DNA of 59,568 bases, the filler included, from Basidiobolus meristosporus CBS 931.73 (lineage: Eukaryota > Fungi > Basidiobolomycota): NCBI GenBank assembly GCA_002104905.1. It is 3 parts of 3 records of this genome, joined end to end, with 100 filler letters (N's around TTAATTAATTAA, not from the genome) between each part and the next. Parts side by side here need not be neighbours in the genome. Positions count along the whole stretch, not along the records: positions 1 to 17,076 come from MCFE01001104.1; 2 more parts are not named here. One strand, given 5' to 3'. The notes below the pieces were generated by a model that made no database searches, had not been told where the DNA came from, and saw only the letters and a list, made by a program, of their open reading frames with translations. The translations under genes and the position numbers were made by a program. Below are positions 1-11,096 of this stretch, piece after piece; the stretch's first letter is position 1, and the number at the start of each line of letters is the position of its first letter.

Positions 1-8
1 CAAAAATG

Positions 9-130
9 AATGGCACTATCTTGGTCCACTGGTACTATCTGGCACTATATTTAAATATTAGCCCTAAAGTAAGATCTATACAAAGCACTAATAGTGCCAG
101 ATAGTACCAGTGGACCAAGATAGTGCCATT
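9..130. repeat. Perfect 40-bp inverted repeat (9-48 / 91-130) in a GGCACTAT-rich segment, probable DNA-transposon terminal/subterminal sequence
   Basis: aatggcactatcttggtccactggtactatctggcactat at 9-48 is the exact reverse complement of 91-130; a related copy lies at ~7776-7890. Confidence 0.8.
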
Positions 131-427
131 CATTTTTGTGATATGATACAAGCTACAGGAGCTAGATTCAGAGTGCCATGGGTATTGAGTACCAGATGCA
201 TATCTTCAGTCTGCTTGTGTTCTAACACATCCTGCACAACATTGATCCACAAAAAAAGGGCAAAAAATGGATTTTCTCCAGCACAATGGGTGAAACAAAG
301 GGGCTGCTTTACATGAAGATGCAGAGCTATGTTTCACACTCTGTGGCTAGGTAGAGGCTCACTTGGCCTCTCTGGCACACTATGGCATCATTTCGCACTC
401 ATGGCTCAATGTGGCACTATCCAACGG

Positions 428-1231
428 TGTGGTAGGGTAAACATACCTCCCACAGACAAGTTTATTCATATAGTCATTATGATATACTTATCCATATTTT
501 ATCTTATCAGTATTATCCCATTCTTCTTTTGCCCATATTATCAGTATTATCCCCATATGATGTTTACCCTGATTAGTTATTAGCATTAGTTATCCCAGAT
601 GTTATTCAGCTTTGTGATCAGTAGATGTATCTATATAAGGCAAGTACCCGCGTCAGTACCTGTGACACATGACCTAGGTCTGTGTTACCATCTCTACCAT
701 TTCAATACCATATATGGTATTTCTATGTTGCACAGGTTTCAGACTACTGATTCCTGATTGGTTGAGAGTGCTGTGCCTTTTAGAACCTTCCAGGACATTC
801 TTGGCATATTTTTAGCTCATAGTGATGTCATCAAGAATTCCACTGATACCTAGAATCTTCTAGAACCTTGTCATTAGTAATCACTTGGCAATCAGGAAAA
901 GTATTTAAGGGAAAGCAATCCCTCATCAATAAATCATCCCTTCTATCAGTAACACTTCTCCCTTATTGATTAGCAGTTGATCACTGCACCTGCCTTCAAC
1001 AGTATATCTCAGACCTGCCATCAAGGAGCTTTTCAGGGTAGTGCACAAGGCACACAGAGGCCTTTGGAAACACTTGGAGCACCTAGGAAGCTAGAGAAGC
1101 AGGAGCTTTTACCATAGTGACATATTGACAAAGACACCAGCAGTTTAGACACAGAGGTTATTGCACCCATCAGACACCTCACACACCTTGAGTTGTGTAG
1201 CTTCTCCCAGGAGTACCTCTACACCACCACA
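428..1231 (+). repeat. 5' LTR (804 bp)
   Basis: Direct repeat of 3240-4043, TG...CA termini. Confidence 0.95.
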
Positions 1232-1235
1232 TATT

Positions 1236-1252
1236 TGGCACCCAACGTGGGG
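1236..1252 (+). promoter_or_regulatory. Primer-binding site, tRNA-Lys(CUU)-type
   Basis: TGGCACCCAACGTGGGG 4 nt after the LTR; matches the TGGCGCCCAACGTGGGG tRNA-Lys complement with one CG->CA change. Confidence 0.75.
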
Positions 1253-1305
1253 GGTTTGACTGAACTGCCCCTAGAAGACTTAAGAAAGAACAAATTATCA
1301 AGACC

Positions 1306-2379
1306 ATGGATCTACCTTTACCAGGAATGCAAGGAACTCCTTTCTTTGATGGAACCAAAGTTAAAGCTTTCATCAAGAGGTGGGAGCTTTTCTGCAGAGC
1401 CCACAAAATACCTGAGGCCATTATGGCTGAAGAGATGCCCCCCTACAGCACTGATGAGATCATGCTCTCTTTATATGAAAGAAATGATCTGCTGACAAAT
1501 TGGACCCTCTTGAAGAGCTACTTGATTGATGAATATGGAGAGAGACAAGTTGACTACACACTTAAAGACTTGGAGAACTTTGCTTATAGCAAGTTTAAGC
1601 TGCTACCATTGAAAGAATACTTGAGTGGCCTTGAGCAAATTGGAGAGTCACTGAAAGCCCAAGGCATTATCACTGATCTGACTTTATCTGCCTATCTGCT
1701 CAGAGCACTACCAGAAGGCCTGGTGAGAAGGATTGAAAACAATCCTACTGTGAAAGCTATGAGTTCACTGCCTGCATTTCAGTTAGCCAAGCAGATTCTA
1801 CTTGCCCCTGAAGAAACCTCACCAATCAGAGAGCTTCTTTCAAGCCCAGAACAAATCCAAGATAGCCAAGACATACTTAATCCCAGCAATCAAAGCACTC
1901 AAATTCAGGAGCTGACACAGCAACTAGAAAAACTCTCTTTGCTACTTGCCAGCAAAGCATATGGTCAGAAGCCAGTAGAGAAAGAAGTCAAATATACATG
2001 CATGTGGTGTGACTCTGCCAACCATTCCAAGAGAAATTGCCAAGAGCTTCAGTCATTACTATCCACAGGTGATGTCCTATATAGTCCTCAGGGATACATA
2101 GTCAGTAAGCATGGTGACAAATTATCCACAGCATTTGGACAAGGAGGAATGAGAGTTCACTACAAGCAAGTCACCTCTCATACAAGAAAGGTTCAATTCC
2201 ATGAAGAAGAAGATCCTGACTACTTTGATCCAGCTGAAGTTCTGAACTTTGACTATGAGGACCCCAGAGAGGCCCAAGATCATATAGCTTCAATTTATGC
2301 TTCAAAGAGACACCATCCTGAAAAATGGCTAATCCAGGCCCAGCAACAAAAGTACCAAGATGTGAGCCAGAAGTTGTGA
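1306..2379 (+). CDS. gag: Retrotransposon Gag with zinc knuckle
   Basis: 357-aa ORF directly after the PBS; FDGTKVKAFIKRWE capsid-like start; CMWCDSANHSKRNC CCHC knuckle. Confidence 0.85.
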   Translation: MDLPLPGMQGTPFFDGTKVKAFIKRWELFCRAHKIPEAIMAEEMPPYSTDEIMLSLYERNDLLTNWTLLKSYLIDEYGERQVDYTLKDLENFAYSKFKLLPLKEYLSGLEQIGESLKAQGIITDLTLSAYLLRALPEGLVRRIENNPTVKAMSSLPAFQLAKQILLAPEETSPIRELLSSPEQIQDSQDILNPSNQSTQIQELTQQLEKLSLLLASKAYGQKPVEKEVKYTCMWCDSANHSKRNCQELQSLLSTGDVLYSPQGYIVSKHGDKLSTAFGQGGMRVHYKQVTSHTRKVQFHEEEDPDYFDPAEVLNFDYEDPREAQDHIASIYASKRHHPEKWLIQAQQQKYQDVSQKL

Positions 2380-3161
2380 TTGAGAAGAAAGCATCACCCC
2401 CATTAATTTTACAAGAGTCTGCCAAGGCCAACAACTACCACATGCAGCCTAGAGTCAAGCAAAAGGGTACCCCAGAGGCTCTGACAAGTCATATACTAGG
2501 AAGCAACATATCAATCAAGGTTGGAGAGCTACTCAGTGTATCACCATCTGTAAGAAAGACTATGGATGAGCATATCAGAATAAGAAAGCATCCAATTGAA
2601 GCCACTCAAGGCAACCAGGTTAGGACAGTTCAAGGAAGCCAAGATATCAGTAAGCTGCATCAAAGCCAGAAACACTACTACTCAGTGGCAACTGCAACAA
2701 CTACAGGAACTGTGCATAATCAAGAAATCCTATGTCATATAGACAGTGGATCTGAGATATGTGTGATGCCTTTGGAGGCTTGGAAACAACTACCATGCAA
2801 AGACTTATTGCCCATAGACACCAATATCAATTGGAGCATGAAGGATGCCAACTCAGGGCAATCAAAGCTTTTAGGAATTATTCACAGCTTCCCTCTCATC
2901 ATTGAAGGAATACCCCATGAGATCCCAGTATTCATATGTGCAAAGGCTAACTTTGAATTACTTCTTGGAAGACCATGGGAAGTAAAAGCAAGAGCAACTG
3001 CAGTGAACTACCCAGATGGTTCAGCATGGTATACTATATACTCAGAGAGCCCAGGACTAACAGCAACCTTCTGTGGTGTGGACTCAAACAATATCCGATC
3101 AATGACATCATGTAGATTTCTATCTCAAGAAAGGACAGGTGGCTTCATTGAGGAAGACTGA
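2325..3161 (+). CDS. Retrotransposon aspartic protease (-1 frame, overlapping gag)
   Basis: CHIDSGSEICVM catalytic motif and FELLLGRPW flap-distal motif; ORF stops ~80 bp before the PPT. Confidence 0.85.
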   Translation: MANPGPATKVPRCEPEVVIEKKASPPLILQESAKANNYHMQPRVKQKGTPEALTSHILGSNISIKVGELLSVSPSVRKTMDEHIRIRKHPIEATQGNQVRTVQGSQDISKLHQSQKHYYSVATATTTGTVHNQEILCHIDSGSEICVMPLEAWKQLPCKDLLPIDTNINWSMKDANSGQSKLLGIIHSFPLIIEGIPHEIPVFICAKANFELLLGRPWEVKARATAVNYPDGSAWYTIYSESPGLTATFCGVDSNNIRSMTSCRFLSQERTGGFIEED

Positions 3162-3239
3162 GAGAGCACTTTGTTCTCCAAACTTACAGTGGTTAGCTAA
3201 AAAGTTCCCTGAAACTTTTTAGCTCAAGTGGGGGGTGGA

Positions 3240-4043
3240 TGTGGTAGGGTAAACATACCTCCCACAGACAAGTTTATTCATATAGTCATTATGATATACT
3301 TATCCATATTTTATCTTATCAGTATTATCCCATTCTTCTTTTGCCCATATTATCAGTATTATCCCCATATGATGTTTACCCTGATTAGTTATTAGCATTA
3401 GTTATCCCAGATGTTATTCAGCTTTGTGATCAGTAGATGTATCTATATAAGGCAAGTACCCGCGTCAGTACCTGTGACACATGACCTAGGTCTGTGTTAC
3501 CATCTCTACCATTTCAATACCATATATGGTATTTCTATGTTGCACAGGTTTCAGACTACTGATTCCTGATTGGTTGAGAGTGCTGTGCCTTTTAGAACCT
3601 TCCAGGACATTCTTGGCATATTTTTAGCTCATAGTGATGTCATCAAGAATTCCACTGATACCTAGAATCTTCTAGAACCTTGTCATTAGTAATCACTTGG
3701 CAATCAGGAAAAGTATTTAAGGGAAAGCAATCCCTCATCAATAAATCATCCCTTCTATCAGTAACACTTCTCCCTTATTGATTAGCAGTTGATCACTGCA
3801 CCTGCCTTCAACAGTATATCTCAGACCTGCCATCAAGGAGCTTTTCAGGGTAGTGCACAAGGCACACAGAGGCCTTTGGAAACACTTGGAGCACCTAGGA
3901 AGCTAGAGAAGCAGGAGCTTTTACCATAGTGACATATTGACAAAGACACCAGCAGTTTAGACACAGAGGTTATTGCACCCATCAGACACCTCACACACCT
4001 TGAGTTGTGTAGCTTCTCCCAGGAGTACCTCTACACCACCACA
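3240..4043 (+). repeat. 3' LTR (804 bp)
   Basis: Direct repeat of 428-1231, preceded by a purine-rich tract (aagtggggggtgga). Confidence 0.95.
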
Positions 4044-4125
4044 ACGGAACAAGTCTATTAAGTGAGAAACACATAATCTACTTGTACTCCCAATCACTTC
4101 CAATATCTCCAAGACTCTCACAACA

Positions 4126-7100
4126 CTTCTGTATATGGAGGACCTTATCCCTAAGTAGTAACTGAGCTCTCCTAGGCTGGACATCTTGAGCTCTTTAGAT
4201 AAGCTGGATTTAGTCTCCTCCAATGTTATTAGGTCATTGGCAGCTATAATAAGGTCCTCCACATATAGAGCTAATAGAGCTGGATTTGCTCTGTCTGGCT
4301 CATAATATATACTATAGTCAGCATTACTCCTTTTGAAACTCAAAGAGTCAATATAAGAATCTATCTTGCAATTCCAGGCTCTCGGTCATTGTTTGAGTCC
4401 ATATAGAGACTCTTTAAGCTTGCAGACCAAATGGGGGTTATCTTGGTCAACAAACCCATCAGGCTGGTCCATATACACATCCTCATCAAGTTCTTCTTTC
4501 AAAAATGCAGTTTTTGTATCCATTTGATGAATAAAAAACTTATATTTGGCTGCAATAGCCAATATTAATCTGATAGAATTAAACTTGGCTACTGGTGCAA
4601 AGGTCTCAGCATAGTGAAGTCCTTTTGCTTGAGAGTATCCTTTGGCCACAAGTCTTGCTTTATATCTTTCAATAATACCATCAGCGTTGTATTTTGTCTT
4701 AAAGACCCATCTGCATCCAATTGATTTTTGGTTGATTGGTAATTTGACCAAGTCCCAAGTTTGATTTTCCATTAGGGCCTGATATTCCTCAGTCATTGCA
4801 GATCTCCAAAACTTTGTCTGAAGACTATTTAGGGTCTGTTTTACAGTCTGGGGTTCACAAATATGGACTGAATAGGCAAAGGCTAAGTTTGTACCCTCAT
4901 TGATATAATAATTGGGGCTATTTCTTGTCCAATTGGATATTCAGGCATATGATACTGGAATGATCCCTTCTGGGATATTCCTTTACACTGATTCAGGCTG
5001 AACCGCAGTTGTAGAGTCCTCTGGAGTGAAAAAATTCTCATTGTTTTGCTCTAATTCAATCCTGACAATTGGTGGACTTAAGATCAGGTTTTTGTCATCA
5101 TCTGATGTCATTTTTTGGAAATGTTTTGAATTTTCATCAAACAACACATCCCTGGACTTGATTAGCTTCGTTGCTTTGGTATTGTAGAGTCTGTGTGCCT
5201 TACTCTCATTGCAGTAGCCCAAAAATATGCATTTTACAATTATTGGCTCAAATTTTGACTGATTTCCAGGCAGTATCTTGGCATATGCTGTACATCCAAA
5301 TATTCTTAGATGTTCTGTACTTGGTCTGTATTCATACCATGCTTCAAATGGAGTGAAATCACAAAGCATTCTGTTATAACTCCAATTTTAAGGTATACAG
5401 CTGTGGCAACTGATTCCGCCCTAAAATCTTAGGGTAATTTTTGAACACGGATCATAGATCTTGCCATGTCAATTATTGATCTGTTAACACATTCTGCTAG
5501 TCCATTTTTGCTGTGGGGAGTATGGTACAGTAGTCTCTTGCTTTATCCTATGAATCTTGCTGAAGTGTACAAATAGTTTTGAGGTATATTCTCCACCATT
5601 GTCAGAGCGTATTTTCTTGATTTTTTCACTAGTTTCTCTCACCACAATGGCTTTAAACTCCCTGAAATTAGACAGAGCTTCTTCCTTTCTCTCCATGAAG
5701 TAAACCCACATGTATCTTGTATAATTATCAATAAAAGTGATCAAATACTTCATCCTGTCTAATGATAAATTTTGCATAGGTCCACACAGATCTAATTGAA
5801 TTAGATCTAATTTTTTCTTAGTTTTGATTAGCCCAGTGCTCTTGAACATCTGTCTGGCTTGTTTTCCATATATGCAGGCTTCACAGTGCTCCAAATTAGC
5901 TGGGAGATCAATTTTTTCTCCGGCAATTATCTGATCCTTGATCATTTTGTGCAAATAACCAAAATTGATGTGCCCAAATCTACTGTGCCAATGCATTGGT
6001 GTTTCTTCACTTAAGTTACTTATATTGGCTTCCAAATATGATGGAATATAAGTCAACTTGTATAGATTCAGATCTCTGATACCCAGAGCAGTATGGGCAC
6101 CATTTTGATCAGTGATTTTGCATCCAGAATTGTCAAAGTTGAAACTGAGTCCTTCTGCAGTGGCCTTGCTTACAGATAGTAGGTTCTTGGCTATTTCTAG
6201 TACATAGAGTACTTCCTTAAAGGTTGGTGTGTGGTTTTCTTTACTGCTTCTAAGGTATACTTGGATAGTTCCTTCTCCCACTGCATCAAGTGTTCAATTG
6301 TCACCCATGAAAACCTTCTTAATTTGAATTCCTTGATATTGGGTAAAAAGTTCTTTTTGGTGTGTAAAGTGTTGAGATGCTCCAGAGTCAATATACCACG
6401 TCTGAGAATCCTTGTTTGTGGTCATATTTAGCGCAGATATGAATAGTCTATCTTAAGTTGTGGCAGCATTTCCATATTCAGGTTTTTTCTGCTGACTATC
6501 TCTCTTTTTGAAGCACTGGTCTGATGTGTGTCCTTTCCTTTAGCAGTAGTTACAAAACAGGTTTCTGTTGCCTTTGCAGGGTCTTAGGTACCTCCTTTGT
6601 TGGTTATCATTGCATATTAAAGCTTTTTCTTCTTCATTCTTATTGGTGCTTGATTTTCTTAATTCTTCATCCAGGAGCCTTCCATATATGTAATTTAAGG
6701 TCAAATTGTCAGTCCTGGACTCTAGGGCAGATACAAGGCCCTGAAACCTGTCTGTCAGACTATTCAGGATGGTAACTATCACATCCTCATCAGTAGTTGG
6801 TATGCCCACAGATTCTATTTCATCCACCAGCAGGTTAATTCTGTTAATTAGATTTTTCATTTCTTGATCTAGCTGCATCTTTGTAGTACAGAATTTTTGT
6901 CTCAGATACAATTTTTTAGCAGCTGAACATGACTGGTAAGTGTCTTCTAATGCCTTGCAGGCATTGTTTGCTGTTTTTGCTCTTGAGCATTGAATTAGCA
7001 ATTTGTCCTTATCATTAAGGCAAATGCAGTTAAACTCACTTTGTACTTTCTTCTGGTACTTTAAGGCTTCCTCTCCTATGTTCTTAGGAGGGCATTTTTC

Positions 7101-7620
7101 TCTCATGACAATATCCCAAAGGCCTCTTTCTTGTAGCAGCAACTTTATCTTCACCTTCCACACTGGGTAGTAAGATCCATCCAACTTTTTGGCAGAGGGA
7201 AAAATTCCAGTAATAGCAGTGGTGGACATTGCAGAGAGTGATAGCTCTGGGCTCAAAACCTACTGTAAGAGTCTTGGAAATATTGGAAGTGATTTAGGAG
7301 GACAAGTAGATTATGTGGTTTTCACTTAATGATTTATTGAATGTAAAAATAGTTTTTATACTTTTACATGGTCTTGGCATAACAAACACATAGAATAGGT
7401 TAAGGATGGTCCCTAGACCATGTTTCAAAGTTTGGGGCTGTTTAGACAGCTTTGAGAACTTTCATGTTCTGGGTACATGATATTTTGGTGAAAATATTCT
7501 GAGTAAATCCCAACAAGGAATTTGGTCAGTATTCTCTAGAATTTGAAGGTAATGATCTAAGTAACCAAGTTAGGTGAATATTTAGGGGGAATTACAAATT
7601 TTGACAACATGTTCCACCTA
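4126..7620 (-). mobile_element. Degenerate, 3'-truncated Ty1/copia retrotransposon
   Basis: Broken ORFs: gag 6540-7256, integrase 5484-6281 (HSRFGH, DLCGPM, RSDNGGEY), 4983-5369, RT 4386-4796 (YKARLVAKGYSQ, HQMDTKTAFL) continuing to ~4130; PBS-like GGTTTTGAGCCC before gag; LTR ~7261-7620; no RNase H or 3' LTR. Confidence 0.88.
7261..7620 (-). repeat. 5' LTR of the degenerate copia (dispersed family)
   Basis: Abuts the PBS; homologous reverse-oriented copies at 48050-48385 and 49100-49428, fragments at 4070-4125 and 40680-40790. Confidence 0.7.
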
Positions 7621-7960
7621 CAATGCTGGAAAAAATCCATTTTTTGACCTTTTTTTTGGATCAATGTCGTGCAGGATGTGTAAGAGCACAGAAGGACTGA
7701 AGACAAGTATCAGGTGTTCATTACCCATGGCACTCTGAATCTAGCTCCTGTAGCTTGTATCATGTCACAAAAATACATGGCACTATCTTGGTCCACTGGT
7801 ACTATCTGGCACTATATTTAAGTATTAGGCCTAAAGTAAAACCTATACAAAGCACTTATAGTGCCAGATAGTACCAGTGGACCAAAATGGGCCATGCATT
7901 TATGTGTCAAGTTACAAACCTCCAGAGCTAGCTTCATAGTGCCATGGGCATTGAGTACCA
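7610..7960. repeat. Large imperfect palindrome, second copy of the GGCACTAT hairpin repeat
   Basis: 7610-7800 is a reverse-complement homolog of ~110-300; the central hairpin 7776-7890 matches 9-130; the right arm 7890-7960 resembles 128-190. Confidence 0.7.
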
Positions 7961-8199
7961 ATTACATCTCTTATTAGTTTAGTGGAAGCTTTAGTACATT
8001 GTCATCTCAAAGAATGCTGAATCCAGCACATACTTTTGTTAAGACCCCAACTAAGTTGGAGATTGTAGCTCAATAGTTTTCCCTTGACAAGCTTGTGGCT
8101 TAATTCCCCATCATGTTAGATTAGAGAGAGAGACCAAGTATTCCTAGCAAGCTTTTGCCTGAGGTTATAAAACTCAGTGAACACCACACACACACTACA

Positions 8200-9200
8200 C
8201 TTGAGAAGTGTTGAACTTATCTCTCCATTGGACCTGTACACCACCACACTGGCCAGTGGCTTATGGCTTGCCAACATTGCTGAAATTGCATGCTGACTTC
8301 TGTATATTCCCTTTGTGGAAAGATGATGTTCTTAGTGCTGGTGTTTGGGTAATAATAATGTGTGTGAGTTATGGAGTATATTCCCTGGATCTCACACATC
8401 TGACAGCAATACTGTTCATTGTGCCTGGAAAAACCAGCTATCTTGCTGATGGCTGCAGTATCTCCAATGCAGATAATAATATGCACTTTTACATGACAGC
8501 CATTTACTGTTATCCCACTGGAAAGTATACAAATTCATCAAGTAATGGATACAGGTAGCTATCCAGGTTGGACAGTGATTTGATATCCAGAGTGTGAACA
8601 ATGTTTTCCCTCAATGGTGGTGGATTCCTGACAATTTGGACATGTTGCAATGGTAGCATTTTTGGATGTGAATGCCATGCAACTGTTAACATATGCTGGA
8701 ATCCGGACAGTCTCTGGATCATATGTTGCCAGCCGCATGATGGTTGTCCACTTGTACCATGTACATGGTAAATTGCATCCTGGTATGATTTTGGCAAGAA
8801 GTAGTAATAAGTCCTCAAAGCCCCCATTACTGATATTAGTCAAAACATGCCACTTCTCTAGCCACAACATTACATCATTTACCAAAAGATGGATTACTGG
8901 GCTCACTTGGCTCCATAAAGTATCCTTTTTGGTACAGTAGTGACCAGTGAATGGTCAAATATGACTTGGGTGGCAAAACACTGGTTGCAATACTTCTAAT
9001 ACTTCCTATGCTGTCTGCATACTTCATGGCTGAGAGGCTTGCCACAATTGTCACATGGTCTTTTTTCTCTTCTCCTACAGCATTGAGTCAAGGTAGTATT
9101 GTCCATGGGGCAAACAGTTTGACCTTCTACAACATAATGCTATTATATCCATTTTTGGTCATTACTTATGTGAACTTAAGACAGTCTTGTATTTGAGACA
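8200..9200 (-). pseudogene. Decayed CACTA/EnSpm-like transposase
   Basis: Fragments with IPAYVNSCMAF...TCPNC and IGDTAAISKIAGFSRHN..YCCQMCEIQG...HYYYP, motifs typical of fungal EnSpm-type transposases; many stops. Confidence 0.65.
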
Positions 9201-11096
9201 TGCACCTACATGAATGTAAGATTCAATGATGACCTGCCATAGTAAGCTTTATAAATAAAGTTGTGGCACCATATACATACATATATGTAACACTATTTCC
9301 CCTTTGGTTTGGCTCACTTCCATATATATGCTGCCAAAAAATAAAGCAATGTTGCCTAGTCCTCAACTAAACCCCACCACTGATGGCAACAGAAGAACAG
9401 TTAGATACCAGCTTGCTTTGACAATCAGAGCAACAAGTGGTGCTACATCCAAAAAAGGCCCTGTGGACAGTGTGCCCATTGAAGGTGATAACGCAGACTC
9501 CTCAGGCTCTCAGTCCAGTAGGCAATTGAGAGCCTCTGTGGAACTACAAGCTGACTGTTATGCTCAGGCAGATGAGAATGTAGCAAACACAGTACCCTCA
9601 ATTGAAGATCAGCAAGTGGCCATTATAACATCACCACCACCCATATTAGCAAATATGTTGTCAGCACATAACAAAGCATTAATGAAGCAATTAGGTGCAG
9701 CAGCTGATAGGATAGATGCAGTGGCCTAGAGAAATCAGAAAATATTCCAGAAGCAGGATGAGCAGATAATATGTGTAGAGCAATCAATATCCCAGGTAGA
9801 GAAAGCAGTATCTTTGCTGCAAAGAAGGAACTCAAGTAGCTCAATATCACAGCCAAGAATTGAGCCATTTCCCAACGTAACAGCAGAGGAACAACATACA
9901 GTCTTTGAAGCACAATAATAGTGCCCAAAGATAAAGCTCACAGAAACACCTATTGCTGTGTGGGAGGGAGACAATGTGGAGTTTATACCAAAGCCTAAAA
10001 ATTGAAAGACATTGAAGATCTGTGAAGCAGTTGAGTGCAATAATGAAGAGTGGGCTCATATACAAGAGACTGTCAGAAGTCTAGCACACCAGCACCTTAA
10101 GGCCAGCATACCATGGGACCATCAGGAACTCAAGGCTAAGCAGAATGCACTTGACTTGTTTCATGAGCATTATCCTGGATTCAAGTGGGCAAACAGATTT
10201 TGAGCCAGCATTGATATGCTAAGAAAATATCTTAAGAATAGCAGAAACTATCAAAGGCAGAAGAACAAGGGTGCCATGGCAAAAAACCAGCAGCATCCTT
10301 AAGAGCCTGTTACAAGTAGGGCTGAAAGCTCCAGACAAGTGTCAAAGAGATGTCAGGTAGCTGGAAGAGTGCCAATTAGAGACAAGCAGGCAGACACAGA
10401 TGCACCAGCACAACATTTATTAAGGAAAAAGTGTAGGACTGCTCAAGTAGCACCCAGTCAAAGTAGCAGCAAAGGACCTGGCAGTTATAAAAATCAGCTG
10501 CGTTCACAGGAGCCTGTCACAGCTACAGTTGAGAGGTCAAAACAAGCAGAAAAGAGACGTCAGGTTGCCAGAAGAGTGCCAGCAAGGGACAATCAGGCCA
10601 AAATAGATGCATCAGAGTAGAATTTACCCAGGAGAAAACGTAGTTTATTACAAGAAGCACACCTACAAAATAGCAGTGAAAGACCTGACAGTGAAAAAGG
10701 AAAAGGTAAAGGGAAAAATGTCCACCCAAGTCTGAGATAGGAAGGCATGCAAAAGAAATTGCAGTTCTTGCCAATTAAGGCCACAAGCCCATTGCCAACT
10801 GAGTCCCATCATAGATAAGTAGAATTACCAACAAGAAAACAGCCATTTTCACAAGAGTTGGAAGTGCAGCCTGTTGAGCTACACTCCAGCAAGGTAGATG
10901 AGTTTGAGGAAAAAGGTAATGCATCTACCACAGCCTCCACATCCTTCATTGTTGACAGAGTGGAGATCCCACTGATAGACAAGGCTACAATGTCAAGAGC
11001 TCAAAAGACTATCACAATGCCTTCAGCAGAGTTTTGGAACATTAATATGCACACCAAGAGGTTGCAGCACTTCTTCAAGAGTAGTGGTCAAGAAAA

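Larger units (their letters stand above)
428..4043 (+). mobile_element. Non-autonomous Ty3/gypsy-type LTR element (gag + protease only)
   Basis: 804-bp TG...CA LTRs at 428-1231 and 3240-4043 (no differences seen by eye), 4-bp TSD ACGG (424-427, 4044-4047), PBS at 1236-1252, polypurine tract before LTR2; no RT/RNase H/integrase in the 2.0-kb interior. Confidence 0.92.

Noticed and set aside
3957-4343. 128-aa minus-strand ORF with RT-like start
   Set aside because: Chimeric: copia RT remnant reading through an LTR fragment into the antisense of the gypsy LTR.
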